Counted from the first letter of the whole stretch, positions 1-12,245 are shown. The stretch is DNA of 55,539 nt, filler included, from Sphacelaria rigidula (GCA_964200075.2; 5 parts of 5 records of this genome joined end to end with filler, not necessarily neighbours in it), one strand, 5' to 3'. The notes: generated by a model not told the origin, from the sequence alone. A program made the numbers and translations.

Positions 1-990
1 GAGACGGAGCACCGTTCCTACTCCTAATATAGACACCTCCAACATTCCGGCGCTCATTACCTTTCTTGCATACATTACACAAAAACCTTTTACCAATCTT
101 ATACCCGTCCTGTTTCGCCGTCTGTGGCCATCCTCTATCGCCTAGTATGACCATCGTTTTCTCCCTACGGTCTAATGCGTCAAACGATTTCATGTCACCT
201 TCGTTCACGTCCCGCATTTCCCCCTCCAACACGTCCCCTTCCCCCTTTTATAATTCACATTCTGCCACTATATGACTGTTGCTCTCTATTGCTTTGCCAT
301 AGAGGTAATTCTGTGCGTCTACGTTCTCCTCCTTTCGACCACTGCCGTATCTCTTTCTTCTTTCTGAAAGGTCCAGGTCCCCCACCCAAAATCGCAGTTT
401 CATATTTTTCGCCGAGTCCACGGGGCCATGCAAGTATGTTTCCATCTATCCCCTTTCTCAACCCCCCGTATGTCTCCAGGCAGTCTCCCTTGTAATGCGT
501 GAGAGGACCGCGTGCTTAGAGGGCCGCATCGGAATTCAAACACCCATATGGTTAGGGTTGGGGTGAGGGTTAGCGTTGGGGTTGGGGTCAGGGGCGTGGT
601 CCCTGCAGGGACTGGCTCGATTGGTTTTGAAAGAAGTTGACCCTGAGATGTTTTGGACTACAATGCGGTCATCTAAGCACGCGGTCTTCTCATGCATTAC
701 ATCCCTTGTCTACTTTGCGTCTGAGCGCTCTTTTCCCCCATATTTCCATAATATCTCTTCCTTTTATCTTGTTCCCGCGCCTTCACCTATGGACAGTATT
801 TCGTCTTGGTTTCCCCCTATGTCCTTCCATACATTCTCCACTTCCCCATCCCACCTTACTCCAGCCTTCCCTTCCGTGCTTTTCTTCCATACAGCCTTAT
901 CAAACTATAGCTGGCAATCGTTTTCTCTGCATGTTCTTTACGCTACAGTATATTGCCAACTCAATTTCCTCATGTTTCTGTTTGTTTGAA
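1..990 (-). mobile_element. Decayed non-LTR retrotransposon (LINE) ORF2 C-terminus and start of 3' region, interrupted by a telomeric MITE at 491-701
   Basis: Minus-strand KLRFWVGDLDLSERRKRY...GKAIESNSHIVAECEL resembles a degenerate C-terminal CCHC region of LINE ORF2; bases 1-70 match the LINE 3' ends at ~27270-27410 and 42441-42510. Confidence 0.75.
491..701 (+). mobile_element. Telomeric-repeat MITE copy 1
   Basis: TIR TGTAATGCGTGAGAGGACCGCGTGCTTAGAGG...CATTACA; internal degenerate TTAGGG tract; perfect 5-bp TSD TCCCT. Confidence 0.92.
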
Positions 991-1010
991 GTAAGTACAT
1001 TCCCAACTCT

Positions 1011-1250
1011 GACACTTTCTACGATAGCCTCCTCCCAAAACCAGCCCAAACGTGTCACGAAAAAAATATCCATACAGCTTGGGTTCAGGCTGCATGAAGC
1101 CAATCATATGGGCGACATTGGCGAGAACAAACCCAAGCGGGAATTCTGAGCTGCTTGTTGTGCTCGGCATTTTCCATTTCAATTTACGTGAAGATGTTGC
1201 CTCCCCAAACCAGGCACGTTTTTTGGGGGGGGGCTATCGCAGAAAGTGTC
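1011..1250. mobile_element. MITE with GACACTTTCTACGATAGCC TIRs (copy A)
   Basis: Terminal inverted repeats; inverted sister copy at 36773-37022; flanks CTCT/CCCT. Confidence 0.8.
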
Positions 1251-1416
1251 CCCTGCTCCCAGTGATGGTTTGGTACAAACAGACGGTATAGGTGGGGTTA
1301 TTAACAGTAGTCATCGCTACTGGCTTGCAGCAAGGCGATACGTCTCGTGGTCTCGAACAAGCATCCTGTTGAGTCCACTCGTGCATATTCAAATACGGGA
1401 TGACCACTGTAATATA

Positions 1417-1474
1417 TGATTGATTGATTGATTGGTTGTCGCACTTTAACTGACCCCCCAGGGGTCCAGCCGTG
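1417..1474 (-). mobile_element. 3' end of (ATCA)n-tailed retroposon
   Basis: CACGGCTGGACCCCTGGGGGGTCAGTTAAAGTGCGACAA followed by (ATCA)n on minus strand; same motif recurs near 32135-32190, 47051-47108 and 55352-55400. Confidence 0.75.
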
Positions 1475-2084
1475 ATCTGTAATATATACCATGTTGTTTG
1501 TGCACTGAAATTTATTATAATATCATGTCGACCATATTTCACACGCTGACGTACCGTTCATGAATCAGGCATCCGTACTGTATTGTCTCACCGTTGTTCA
1601 GCAACCAACCAGCAGAAAGGATAGCAAGAGAGAATACGTCCAACGTAGTACAGCTCACACGGAACGGCAAGGATCTTGATCACAGCTTCAGAAGCGATTC
1701 AGTTTCTCTTTTCTTCTTGGTGGCGTTTATCTTTGCACTCAGAAAGGAGTGAGCACCAGGGTTTTTAGTATCCAACTGAATTCCGACCGAATTCAACGGA
1801 TACCAAGAGGTATGCTTATGTATTCCGTCTCCCAAGGATGCAAACATCCTCACCCCTGACTGCGGTACTCGCCAGTTCCTGCAGTCAGCCCTCCAGGACT
1901 TTCAACCATCGGACCGACGGGCCCATCATCGTATTGTCCTACCACCACTTACGCTTCGATCCATAAGACCCCCCTCAGGCCTAGGGTTGAAAAACCCTGG
2001 GACTGAACGTGGTTCGATGATGGGTCGCCGCGTTACCATGTTCCTCTTCCTCGAGTAATCGGCACTGTTTCGTGTAGCCGTCGA

Positions 2085-2421
2085 TCTTGGTAACCGTCCT
2101 GCCGGGTCAGACCACGTAGGGAATATAAACATCGTGCAGGAACGATTCCATCCAGCCCGGAGCAGTTCTCAGCCTTGTTAACCGCTCTGCCGGGTCAGAC
2201 CACGTAGGGAATTTAAACACTATGCAGGAACGATCCCATCCAGCCCGGAGAAGTTCTCAATCTTCCGCTCTTGTTGATCGCTCTGCCGGGTTAGACCACG
2301 TAGGGAACTTGAACACCATACAGAAATGATCCCATCCAGTCTGGAGAAGTTCTCCATCTTGTTGATCGCTCTGTCGGCCACGCAGGGGATTTACACACCG
2401 TACATGAACAATCCCATCCAA
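2085..2421. repeat. Tandem repeat, ~90-100-bp unit, ~3.5 copies, in the Gypsy 3' region
   Basis: GCCGGGTCAGACCACGTAGGGAA...CCATCCAGCCCGGAG repeated near 2101, 2189 and 2286; partial copy near 2375. Confidence 0.85.
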
Positions 2422-3356
2422 TTCAGCTTGACTCTGGAACTACTCCGATACCTTGCATCCACCGCGTATTCACGTACCTGTGACGGAGTTATCTCCTCTC
2501 AGTCTCCCCCCTCATACTTGATACGATAGTACGGTTGCCGAAAAACCACCTCCTCGAATTCCTGTTGCTCACCTTGGTTGTGTGCAAACAACTTTTCAGA
2601 TCTTTGTACTCCGGGGAATCTGATTCCCCCCCGGCGTCACTTTTAAGGAAAAAGAATACTCCGACGAATTCCTGTTGTTCAACTTGGTTGTCTGCAAATC
2701 GCTCACGAAGCTTCGTGCCTCGGGGAATCTGACTCCCCCCCAGCGTCACTTCTATGGAAAGAGGATATTCAGATCGTCAGGAAGAGTTGAACAGGCATTT
2801 AGCTACGGGTTCAATGACCGTGGCTGCCAGTAGGAAAGCAAAGAGAAGTTTGCTCCCTCGATCCCCAACCACCAACAACTACCTATTATCCGAAGTAGAA
2901 ACCTGCTTCATGTCCGGTAGGTCCATCTCTTTTACCCCCCAGGGCTGCGAAAAGAGGGCGGGCCGCATCGCTATGATGTGGCTTTGAGCATGCTTGCGTA
3001 GGTGACAGCCACAAGACGGCACGAATTTGCGATTGTCGGCAAAAAACCGGGCCACTAATAGCGTGCGTTTACCACTGCGGTCGTTCTCAACCCCCCGGCG
3101 TGCCCATGCGTAGTGTGCACCAGCGGAAGCAGCCCGGCACCAGGCTGCGTGAAGCAGCTAACTCAGCTGGCGCCCTAGGTGACGTACACCATAAAAGATC
3201 ATCATCATCTAGAACGTACGCTTCCTGCTCATTACCAGTTCCTTCGTCCCGTTTCTCCTCCATTAATCTATCCCTGATATGTTGTCGGAAGTACCCCTTC
3301 ATACCCAACACCGATTGTGACTCCTCTACCCTCCGTGATTCCCTTAACTGAGTACG

Positions 3357-3404
<48 letters not shown>

Positions 3405-4968
3405 CCCACACACGGGGTGTCTAGAACAAAACCACACCGCCCCACCACCACCNNNNNNNNNNCCCAACACCCATTTTTTCTTCTCCCCCCCCCCTCTTTT
3501 CCTTCCCCTATTACCCCCCCCCCCCCCCCCCCCCTCAACTGAGCGATGGCCTCGATCTTAGATGGCGAAGGTCGTATTTCCGAAGCATCGATCGTAATCC
3601 CCACAGAGTCTTGTTGTTGGGTACACCACTGTGATTTCTGGAAATTCACCGTGAGGCCTCCAGTCAGCAAGTAATGCAGCATAACTCTCAATCCAGCCAT
3701 TCGACTGGGAAATGTCGCACGAAGCCACAAGATGTTGTCCAACCTATTCGTGACTCCCTCCGACGGTAACAACGCTTCGAGCACTCTCCGGTGAAAGGTT
3801 GCTGGCAATACCTCGAGTCCGAATTCGCAACGTTGTTGTTGCCTCATTGCCCCTTCGCGTCGTGAAAGACCGTGAGGTGTCAGTTCTTGCTTGCCTTCTC
3901 CAACTGGAAAAAACACTTACTAGACAAACACTCGGAAAGTACTTGAATCCATCTAGCCCACTATACATGGTCTACATATCCCCCAAACCGCCGCTGCATG
4001 ATTCGAGAAGTTCGTTCAGTCCACGGTAATCCTGACCCAACCGGAAACTACCGCCCTTTTTCAAACCGTGACGCAGGCGGCTGCCCATGCTGCCGTCGAA
4101 GACCCCATGATCCCCCGCTCCACGAGCTTCTGGACCTCGTCTTGGATAGCCGTCTCTTGTTCTGGCGAGTACTGCTTAGTGACGGCAGTGAATGGCCGAC
4201 ACCTGGGGACTTTCAGCCGTAGACGCACCGGTTCTCCACAAACGGCCTTCACTCGCTTAGGCTCCACCGCAAAACGACCTGCTTCTTTAAAGTCCTTCAA
4301 CAAAGATAGCAGCTGGATCTTCTGCGCTGGACCCGATTGGCCTATGTTCGCCTCCGTGACTCCACTCCTGCGGGCTCAGTCGTATCTCTCTCCTTCACCT
4401 CTGATGACTCCGACTTGGGGAGGAGCCGACACAGTCCCTCCGTCCTCCAGCTTCGACTTAAGAGTTGTGTCCAAGCCGGAAAGTTATAGATTCTGCAATC
4501 GCTCACGGTCTCGAACATTCACGACCACGACCTTTTCCACCACCATACCCTTTCCAACAAGGCGAGCACTCTTTGTGGTGTTTACCACCTTACACACCAG
4601 TGGTGATTGTGGGTCTCATCATTGCACTCCTCTGGCTACCCGTACTTCTGCCTCCCCATCTAAATTAAACGCCTTTCGAGGTTCGATCAACACGGGTCGC
4701 CGCTGCTGCGGATGAGGCCCTCGTGCGTAGCCAAGGACTGGCTTGCTAACGGGACCTTTTGACCTTACGTTCTCCGTTAGATGCAGCAGTCGCTGAAGCG
4801 CAGCGTCGTCCTCCCACGTCACCCCAAGGCTGTTCCACACCTCATCTCATGTTGCCAGTTCGCTGCCAGTAGACAACATCCCCGCCGGGTCGTCCCTGGG
4901 CGCGCTTGACTTGACGGCACCGAAGGGGTCTAAAGCTACCGAATCTCCTTGGCTGGTGAGGTGCTCGG

Positions 4969-5185
4969 TGTAATGCGTAAGAGGACCGCGTGCTTAGAGG
5001 GCCGCACCGGAATTTGAACATTCCTATGGTTAGGGTTAGGGTTAGGGTTAGGGTTAGGGTCAGGGTTATGGTTAGGGGCGTGGTACCTGCAGGGACTGGC
5101 CCGTTTGGTTTTGAAAAACGTCGACCCTGCGGTGTCTTGAACTACGGCGCGATCCTCTAGGTACTCGATCCTCTGACGCAATATA
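4969..5185 (+). mobile_element. Telomeric-repeat MITE copy 2 (inside Gypsy relic)
   Basis: Same TIRs; (TTAGGG)5 run; flanks CTCGG/GTCGG. Confidence 0.9.
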
Positions 5186-6262
5186 GTCGGTGTCAACAGC
5201 TCCGAGGTTTGGGGAACCGTTAGACACGAACCGTACTCACGGCGCCTCCGGCGGAGGCCGAAATCTAGATCGCCCTTCGAAAGATGAAGTGCTCTTGTTT
5301 CTCCTGAAGAATCTCGCTCCTAAAACAAATTCATATGGTCATCTATCGACCACCCTGATCCATACCTTCCTTACCGTATCCTTTGTGTGGACACGAATCG
5401 GGATTACCGCTGACCCTAGAATCTTCATCGGAGGTATCTTACTGCTGCTAGGGTTAGCGGCCCTCGAAATTCCTGCTCCTTGTCGTTGCAACTTACTTGC
5501 TAAATGACCCCACGTTACCAACAACCTCCACCACTGTTTCGATGCATGGTTTCCCCCCCCTGCCCCGGTCCCAGTAACACCGATACTGGTGAGCGGTGGC
5601 TACTCTTGCTGTGGTGCCATACTTCAGCTTGTACTCCACAGCTGCTGTGCATCTTTCCTACTCGCTTCAACTGAAATGGCGTTCGAAGCAGGGGTAGCCC
5701 CGGACGGGTGAAATGACCCACACAATGAATTTTGCATGCGTACCCACCGGGTAAGGTGGAACCTAGTCCCTAGATCGATTCTGCAGAGGCGGCGGCAGCG
5801 GCAGCAGCTGAGCATCAGATATGTACCCTCCTGGCTGCGCCTGGCCTGGGAAGAACAATGTTAATGGAGACCCAGATACTGGAAGTATCCGCTGAAAAAA
5901 ACGGAGGAAGACCGATTGTGCAAATCGTTGGTCAGGAGCACGAAGGGAATGCATCTGCGGCGCTTCAGCGGTGTTGTGCTGCACAGGCGCAAAAAAACTA
6001 CTGCTATTGTCGCGGTGCAGAAAAACTGCTGCAGTTGCGGACGCACAAAAGACTGATGCTGCTGAGGAGGTGCGGCAACCTACTGCTGCGTGGGAGGGTG
6101 CGCCAACCTGCTACTGCATGGAAAGGTGCTTGCACGGGGGGCTGTTGGACGGATCCCGCCGGGTAGAAAAGCTGGGCTAAAGGGTTCAAGGGATTTCCAC
6201 TCATTTTTCACCGATTTGGGGTTAGCTATGCGATACTCGACACGTTAAACCTGCACGCACGT

Positions 6263-6473
6263 TGTAAAGCGTGAGAGGACCGCGTGCTTAGAGGACCGCG
6301 CCGTAGTCCAAAACACCCCAGGATCGACGTTTTTCGAAACCAATCGGGACAGTTTCTGCAGGAACCACGCCCCTGACCCTAACCCCAACACTAAACCTAA
6401 CCCTAACCCTAACCACAGAGATATTCAAATTCCGATGCGGTCCTCTAAGCACGCGGTCATCTCACGCATTACA
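6263..6473 (-). mobile_element. Telomeric-repeat MITE copy 3
   Basis: TIRs; CCCTAA tract; flanks ACGT/ACCT. Confidence 0.9.
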
Positions 6474-6794
6474 ACCTACCACATTGATGGGAAAACATCG
6501 ATTGAAACAACTACGGATGGTTCATGGCAGTATATTGTAATCTCCATGATTCGAGAGTCACGAGGGCGGTGTCTGGCGGAGACATTCTCAATCATTAACG
6601 GCGTGAGAAACAATGGAACAAGTACCATGGATATTAGCGCCTCACCAGCATAACGATAGCCGACAAGGAGGGGAAGGAGGACGAAGGAAACATCAATATG
6701 ACCGGACGAAGCAGGTTCACGCATGTGCATTTGGCCAGGGTATCACGTGTCGGGGACATCCAAGTAAAACTTCATGGACTTCGACCCCTCTACA

Positions 6795-7050
6795 CCCGTT
6801 CGGACATGCAAGGGAATTCTGACTCCATATCAACCTGTTCGAGCACGCATGGAAACATCCTGGCTCCCTGTCAACCTGTTCGGACATGCAAGGGAATTCT
6901 GGCTCCATGTCAACCTGTTCGAACACGCATGGGAAAACCCTGGCTCCCTGTCAACCTGTTCGGACATGTATGGGAACTCCTGGTCCCCTGTCAACCTGTT
7001 CGGACACGCAAGGGAATTCTTGATTCCCTGTCAACCTGTTCGGACAAGCA
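6795..7050. repeat. Minisatellite, 39-40-bp unit, ~6.5 copies
   Basis: TGTCAACCTGTTCGGACATGCAAGGGAATTCTGGCTCC-like unit with alternating A/B variants. Confidence 0.9.
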
Positions 7051-7579
7051 TGGTCTTGACATCTTGCGCTGTCACGATCGCCTATTTTCCTGTACGCAAT
7101 CAAACCCTGCTTGTTCACTGTATGGTGCAAGAATGTATATATATATATATATATTGGTTCATACAACTTTCTCTCTTTCATCCACTCAAAGTCCGGCTTG
7201 TATGTTGGTAACTTGCACAGTATCCACAATTATCACACGAGTCGTTCATTACAAGCCAAAATCCACCGTCGATTTGTTTCCGGTGTAAATCTCGGCAAAG
7301 GAATGTGTGGAACCCATGGACATCTCAAGGCCACCAGAACGTAGCCCTGCCCCGGCGACGGTCATAGCGCGCACAGCTAGACGGTCATCTTCGAATCGAT
7401 TGTCGGAGCACGCACAGCTAGAAGGTCATTTTCGAATAGATTGTCGGAGCATGTACAAGTATAGACCTTCATCGGGAACTTGCGGAGTTCCCGTTGAAGT
7501 GGCGCCTCGTGCGAACCTCGTAGCATGCAGCTTCACTCGTAGTCGCTCAATCGTTGTGGATCTGAGTTGGTCATCACAT

Positions 7580-8140
7580 TCGTGAGTAGCTACATGAAAA
7601 ATGGTAGACGAGCACCCGTAATAATTGTCGACGAGCAACTGCTGCAGGCGTCATGCAGTCCAATGACCCACCGCTGTGGGTAGAAATAAATCAAGATATG
7701 GTACGTTCAGCAGTGCACCTGGATACGATCACTTAAAATCGAAACAACCTCACATAAGTCCCAATTTTGTTTTACGCATGCATGGCTCGTCCATACCCTT
7801 TGAAGCTATCCACCAAGGGCGCAAACGATCAAACAGGGGAAACCCCGTTGAGGTTACATCCATTTTCCATGACAAAAAGGCATTTCAAGGATCAATGATC
7901 TGCCCCCCCTGACCAGGGGGTAGGGTAAATACCTCATGTTTAGTTCATTCAAACCTCGTAACTTCCGTTCACGACAAATCAGCTCACATAGCACCGTGCC
8001 TGATAGCATGTATGCACAGACAGTACCATACGGCATTGCGATTTCATTAATAGCCTTGTGCATTAGCGGACTATAGAGTACCAATGCTGTTCTTTCTCCG
8101 TTGCGTACGTGGTCATACATGAGATAATTTTAGCAGGTGG
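7580..8140 (-). pseudogene. Decayed ORF, possibly a 2OG-Fe(II) dioxygenase of the TET/JBP type
   Basis: Across stops and frameshifts: MHA*N..., YPGALLNVPYLDLFLP..G, LL..VDNYYG(AR)STIFHVATHE; by-eye resemblance only. Confidence 0.25.
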
Positions 8141-8623
8141 CCCGCATCCCCAAACGTATATGATACACTCGGTACCAATAATTATTGTAGTAGACAACAT
8201 CTCGATAGCCCATCTGTATCTTTTTCACAGGTATTTCGTTAATTCACATCTGCTGGTTAAATGCTAAATTCGTTAACTCACATCATCTGCTGGTTAATTA
8301 CTAAATTCTGCGTTCAGTAGTTTCATTCAGGCAACATAGCCATCACTACCATATGTGTCCCCACAGGATATAGACTCGAATCAGCAGTACACGGCAGAGG
8401 TGATCTGAGCTCTTCGGCTGTCATACTCCGACATTTGATGCTCGATGGTGATTCGCTACAGTTTATCCCTAAAGGGAAAGCACATTACTCTTGAATTGTT
8501 GGACCAAGTACACAGTTGGGGCTTTAAGGAGGAGATAGTGCAGGCGGTATACAATCAGTACAGCCATCTTGTACAGCCATCTTGTAACAGCATCACAATA
8601 AATGAACCGATAGCATGCCGTAG

Positions 8624-8834
8624 TGTAATGCTTGAGATGACCGCGTGCTTAGAGGACCGCATCGGAATTTGAATATCTCTGTGGTTAGGGTTAGGGTTAG
8701 GTTTAGTGTTGGGGTTAGGGTCAGGGACGTGGTTCCTGCAGGAACTGTCCCGCTTGGTTTCGAAAAACGTCGATCCTGGGGTGTTTTGGACTACGGCGCG
8801 GTCCTCTAAGCACGCGGTCCTCTCACGCATTATA
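8624..8834 (+). mobile_element. Telomeric-repeat MITE copy 4 (near-identical inverted sister of copy 3)
   Basis: TIRs; shares variants GAGATGACC, AATATCTCTGT, CCTGCAGGAAC and TTTCGAAAA with copy 3; no clear TSD. Confidence 0.9.
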
Positions 8835-9286
8835 GAGGAACCGAAGGGTGACGTTGCAACACAATATGCGGAGACACAAGCGGTTTTTCATCCAGCGGGT
8901 CTTGTCGAATTTGAGTATGTGTGAGGCGGCATAGCGTTGTTCCATTTCAGCTGCATCACACTGCAAAATCATACCGTACAGCAATAGCAGCGTCAGTTGT
9001 GAACAAGTCTAACGTCACTCCATTTCGCGGCAAACGCCGAGAGTTTATACTTGAATGAGTAGTTTAACTGATATTCAAGGCCAACCTCGTCTGTGTACAC
9101 CATCCCGTTTCTGGCATGTGAACGTAATACGCTGGTTTTGGTGCCCACCGTGAAAGCAAGTCATTCGCTACAGACAGGTCATCATGTGATTTCGGGGTTG
9201 ATAGACATGACATCCGACAGCTCATCGAATGTACTCACACTAAAAGATAGATACATGTACACGTGTCTGGATGCAAGGGAGGTGCA

Positions 9287-9559
9287 TGTTGAGGTTGAAT
9301 CATGACATATGGGGGAAAGGCGAATACGACATACAATTCCGTTATTTAAGGTATACCCGATATAATGGTTGCAGTAGATATCTGCTGGGGAGCACACGCT
9401 TTATTCCGTGGCCAAGAAAGTAGGCTATGACATGTTATTTTTGTATGAGCGATTTTTCCAAGATTGAACCCCCCCACGTGTTGGCAGTGCACGAGTGGGT
9501 TTTTACATTTTATATGGAGAGCATAATATACATTCATCTACTGGGGAGCTAGTACAACA
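9287..9559 (+). mobile_element. Putative LTR
   Basis: TGTTG...CAACA termini; purine-rich tract just upstream; gag-like ORF starts ~130 bp downstream; no second copy in the contig. Confidence 0.4.
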
Positions 9560-9689
9560 ACGGAGGTCCCATGACCTTTTTCAAACATAGACTCTTGCGC
9601 CGAGAAAGCAATCAAGTCTTTACGCTAGCGACCGGGCTACGCATTGCTACAGGGTAACCACAGGGTTTCTTAAGACATCAAAAAATGAA

Positions 9690-10964
9690 GTGGGAAAAAA
9701 CGTAGACGACGTCGTAGCAAAAATACCAGAAGCCGACAAAGACGCGGCACGGGAGACCCTAGTAGCGGTTATGCAGGAGCAAACCAGACAGCAACAAGAT
9801 CTTCGACAGCAAGGTCAAGCACAGGACGAGGAGCCGAGCCTGGAAGCGCGCACGTCAGGGACAAGAGCGACGGGCCCCAGTAGCGCATCCCACCTACGAC
9901 TACAACAGCATTTTTAGACACATGTCTACACCCAGATGGGACAGTCTGGCATGTTAAGGGTACGGTCACATAACAGTATAGCCGCGTGGGATGGTACGAC
10001 GAAAACTGGTGAAGAAGTAAGACAGAAATTCATGATGTTCAAGCTGCAGATGACGGCGTATTTCAAACAGGAGCTCTGCGAAGAGGCTCTTGACACAACT
10101 TTCCCCATAAGAGTACATTTTGAAAGAGAGTGAGATTTAAGGGAGATATTCGGAAATGACATGGTAGAGCAGGCCATGAGAGCATGGAACATACTGGTAG
10201 AAAAAGTGGCCTATGCTCCACCTGTAGAGCAACTTGTAAGACTAGGCAACCCCAGCGAGGGATGGAAGTACACCGTAGACCACTACACGGTATCCCAACC
10301 AACTGAGAAAGCGCAGTTGGAGCATGAGTGGCAGAGTCTAGGTATGAACATTGGAGAGGATCCCCGAATCTTTCTTAATAGAGCGAAGTTGATCAGGTAT
10401 AACCGTGCGAGACTTGGAGTGATCAGACTCAGATGTTAACCGGCACTACATACGCCGCCTGTCCTCCGATCTTGACTTACAGTGTGGTGTCCTGCTCGCG
10501 CTGGATGAAGTAGCGACAGAGACCCTTGAGCGCATGGTGATGACGGCGCATGGAGAGATAGAAATGGCCATGAGCACGGCAGGCAGGAATCAGGACGGTA
10601 CTCAGGACCACGCGCTCGTCGCTGCCACTGGGGGTGGCAGAGGCGGGGGCGTACAGCAAACCCCGACAGCAAGGGGGTGAGAGACGCCGACAACAGGATT
10701 ATGTTTTCTGTCATTTCCACAACACCACCCGGCATAACGACACTGAATGCAACGCACAACGAAATATGCACGCACAAGATAGTCGTGGTGATCGTGGTGC
10801 GTGGAATGGTGTTCGCCAGCAGCAGTACCATAGTACAGATAGTTTTGGAGGTCGTGGGGGTGGCGGACGAGGTAGAATGCAAACGCAACCATCGCAGCAG
10901 CATATCCAGCAACCCCAATAGCAGCAACACCATCGTCAGCACCCAGAAAAGCAGCAGCAACTAA
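9690..10964 (+). mobile_element. Decayed Ty1/Copia-type gag
   Basis: AWNILVEKV...EKAQLEHEWQSLGMNIGEDPRIFLNRAK (Copia gag-like), zinc-knuckle-like CHFHNTTRHNDTEC, then RGG/Q-rich segment; stops and frameshifts. Confidence 0.65.
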
Positions 10965-11030
10965 CATACAATTCTATAAAATGAGGTTCATCAATTAAAT
11001 GAGGTTCGAGCCCAAAACAGTACTTTCTCC

Positions 11031-11130
11031 NNNNNNNNNNNNNNNNNNNNNNNNNNNNNNNNNNNNNNNNNNNNTTAATTAATTAANNNNNNNNNNNNNN
11101 NNNNNNNNNNNNNNNNNNNNNNNNNNNNNN
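11031..11130. other. Artificial contig linker
   Basis: N44-TTAATTAATTAA-N44. Confidence 0.97.
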
Positions 11131-12048
11131 GTCTTTCGTGCAAGAGAGATATGCCACTTCAGCCCCATATGTTTGAACCCCAAAATGTAAAATCGGCTGT
11201 TAATACGAAGATCGATTTCTCTCTGCCTCTCTTTTTGGACAGGACGCGCCTCTGTGCCCTAAAAAACAGGGTAATGTTCCCGTCACCGCTACTTCTGTTC
11301 TCTGTCACACACATGCCAGCAAGGACGGTACGCTGCGGCAAAAAGAACAGATGATCCGATTTGAACTTGGTGGGAATTATTCATCGCTGATTTTAACCGA
11401 CATGACGTGTCTGACTATCCCGACCACAAGAGCCTGCCACAGGCCAGTTGGGGTGTGTGTGTGAGAGAGATCAAAACCTTGTGGAGACCTTCTTGACATG
11501 CGGAGTGCAAAAGGATACCTATGGTGGTGCCCTAACTGTTGCTAGCGTGGTGCAGAGGGGTACGTCAGCTGCAATCTGGAGCTCTCGTTGCTTTGCTCTA
11601 CTGACTTTCGTCCGTAGAGCGAATGCCGAGAGGTCACACACGGTAACAACATGTTATCATGTATCCAAATTCGGGACAGCTACTGTATGAAAACAAAACA
11701 GTTCTCTTTTCGAAGCTACGTCCAGATCATTGAAATGGCTCTTGTTACCCGAGGAACTGCGGCTTCCCCGTCCCCTCGTCAGGTATGAAAGAAGGGCGGC
11801 AGAGGTTTTGGGAGTGCATGTAACGCCCACAGGGGAACACAGAGTTTCTCGTGTCTGAAAATCCCCGTTTCCCTACTTGCAAACAGTTTTATGCCAGTTG
11901 CTTTCTACTAAGAACGTTAAACAATCGATTTGTGTTCTGTATTGTACTGATTGGCGGATGCCAATGCCAGCAAAGTTTAGTGGTACTGTCCGACATTGTA
12001 TTCGATACAGACAGCAGTACCGAAAGTATAGACAGTACACGCTGCCTG

Positions 12049-12245
12049 CGTGTATGTGTGTGTGTGTGTTGTCGTCCTATCTATTCTGCACGTCGGTCTA
12101 CACCTTTCGGTATGTGTGGGCGCACCAGCCAGAGTCACACAGAAGCAAGGCCAACACAGGACTTTCTTTCTTTTTTGTCATTATTTGCTGTTCTCCACCT
12201 TCCCTTTTGCGGTGTTTGACTTTCTCTTTTATCGCGAGAGGAGTT
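12049..12245 (-). mobile_element. 3' end of (CA)n-tailed retroposon
   Basis: Inverted homolog of 30440-30701; ends in a (CA)n tail on minus strand. Confidence 0.7.

Larger units (their letters stand above)
1847..6230 (-). mobile_element. Decayed Ty3/Gypsy LTR retrotransposon internal region (gag, protease, RT, integrase; RNase H apparently deleted)
   Basis: Frameshifted motifs: YSPEQETAIQDEVQKLVERGIMGSSTAAWAAACVTV, DYRGLN, LDNIL, KSQWC, IRPSPSKIEAIAQL, LGMKGYFRQ; integrase zinc-finger and core remnants at ~2740-3200; purine tract AGGGGTGAGGA at 1847-1857 followed by TG. Confidence 0.8.

Noticed and set aside
3357-3535. Poly-Gly insert in Gypsy RT
   Set aside because: Poly-C runs around a 10-N gap with locally duplicated sequence suggest an assembly or sequencing artefact
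5030-5076. True telomere or chromosome-fusion scar
   Set aside because: All TTAGGG tracts lie inside the TIR-bounded MITE
6795-7050. CRISPR array
   Set aside because: Inter-repeat segments are homologous to each other, no cas genes are present, and the context is eukaryotic
8445-9280. hAT transposase remnant (ACERN motif) or Copia RNase H
   Set aside because: A single short motif in decayed sequence; cannot discriminate without a search
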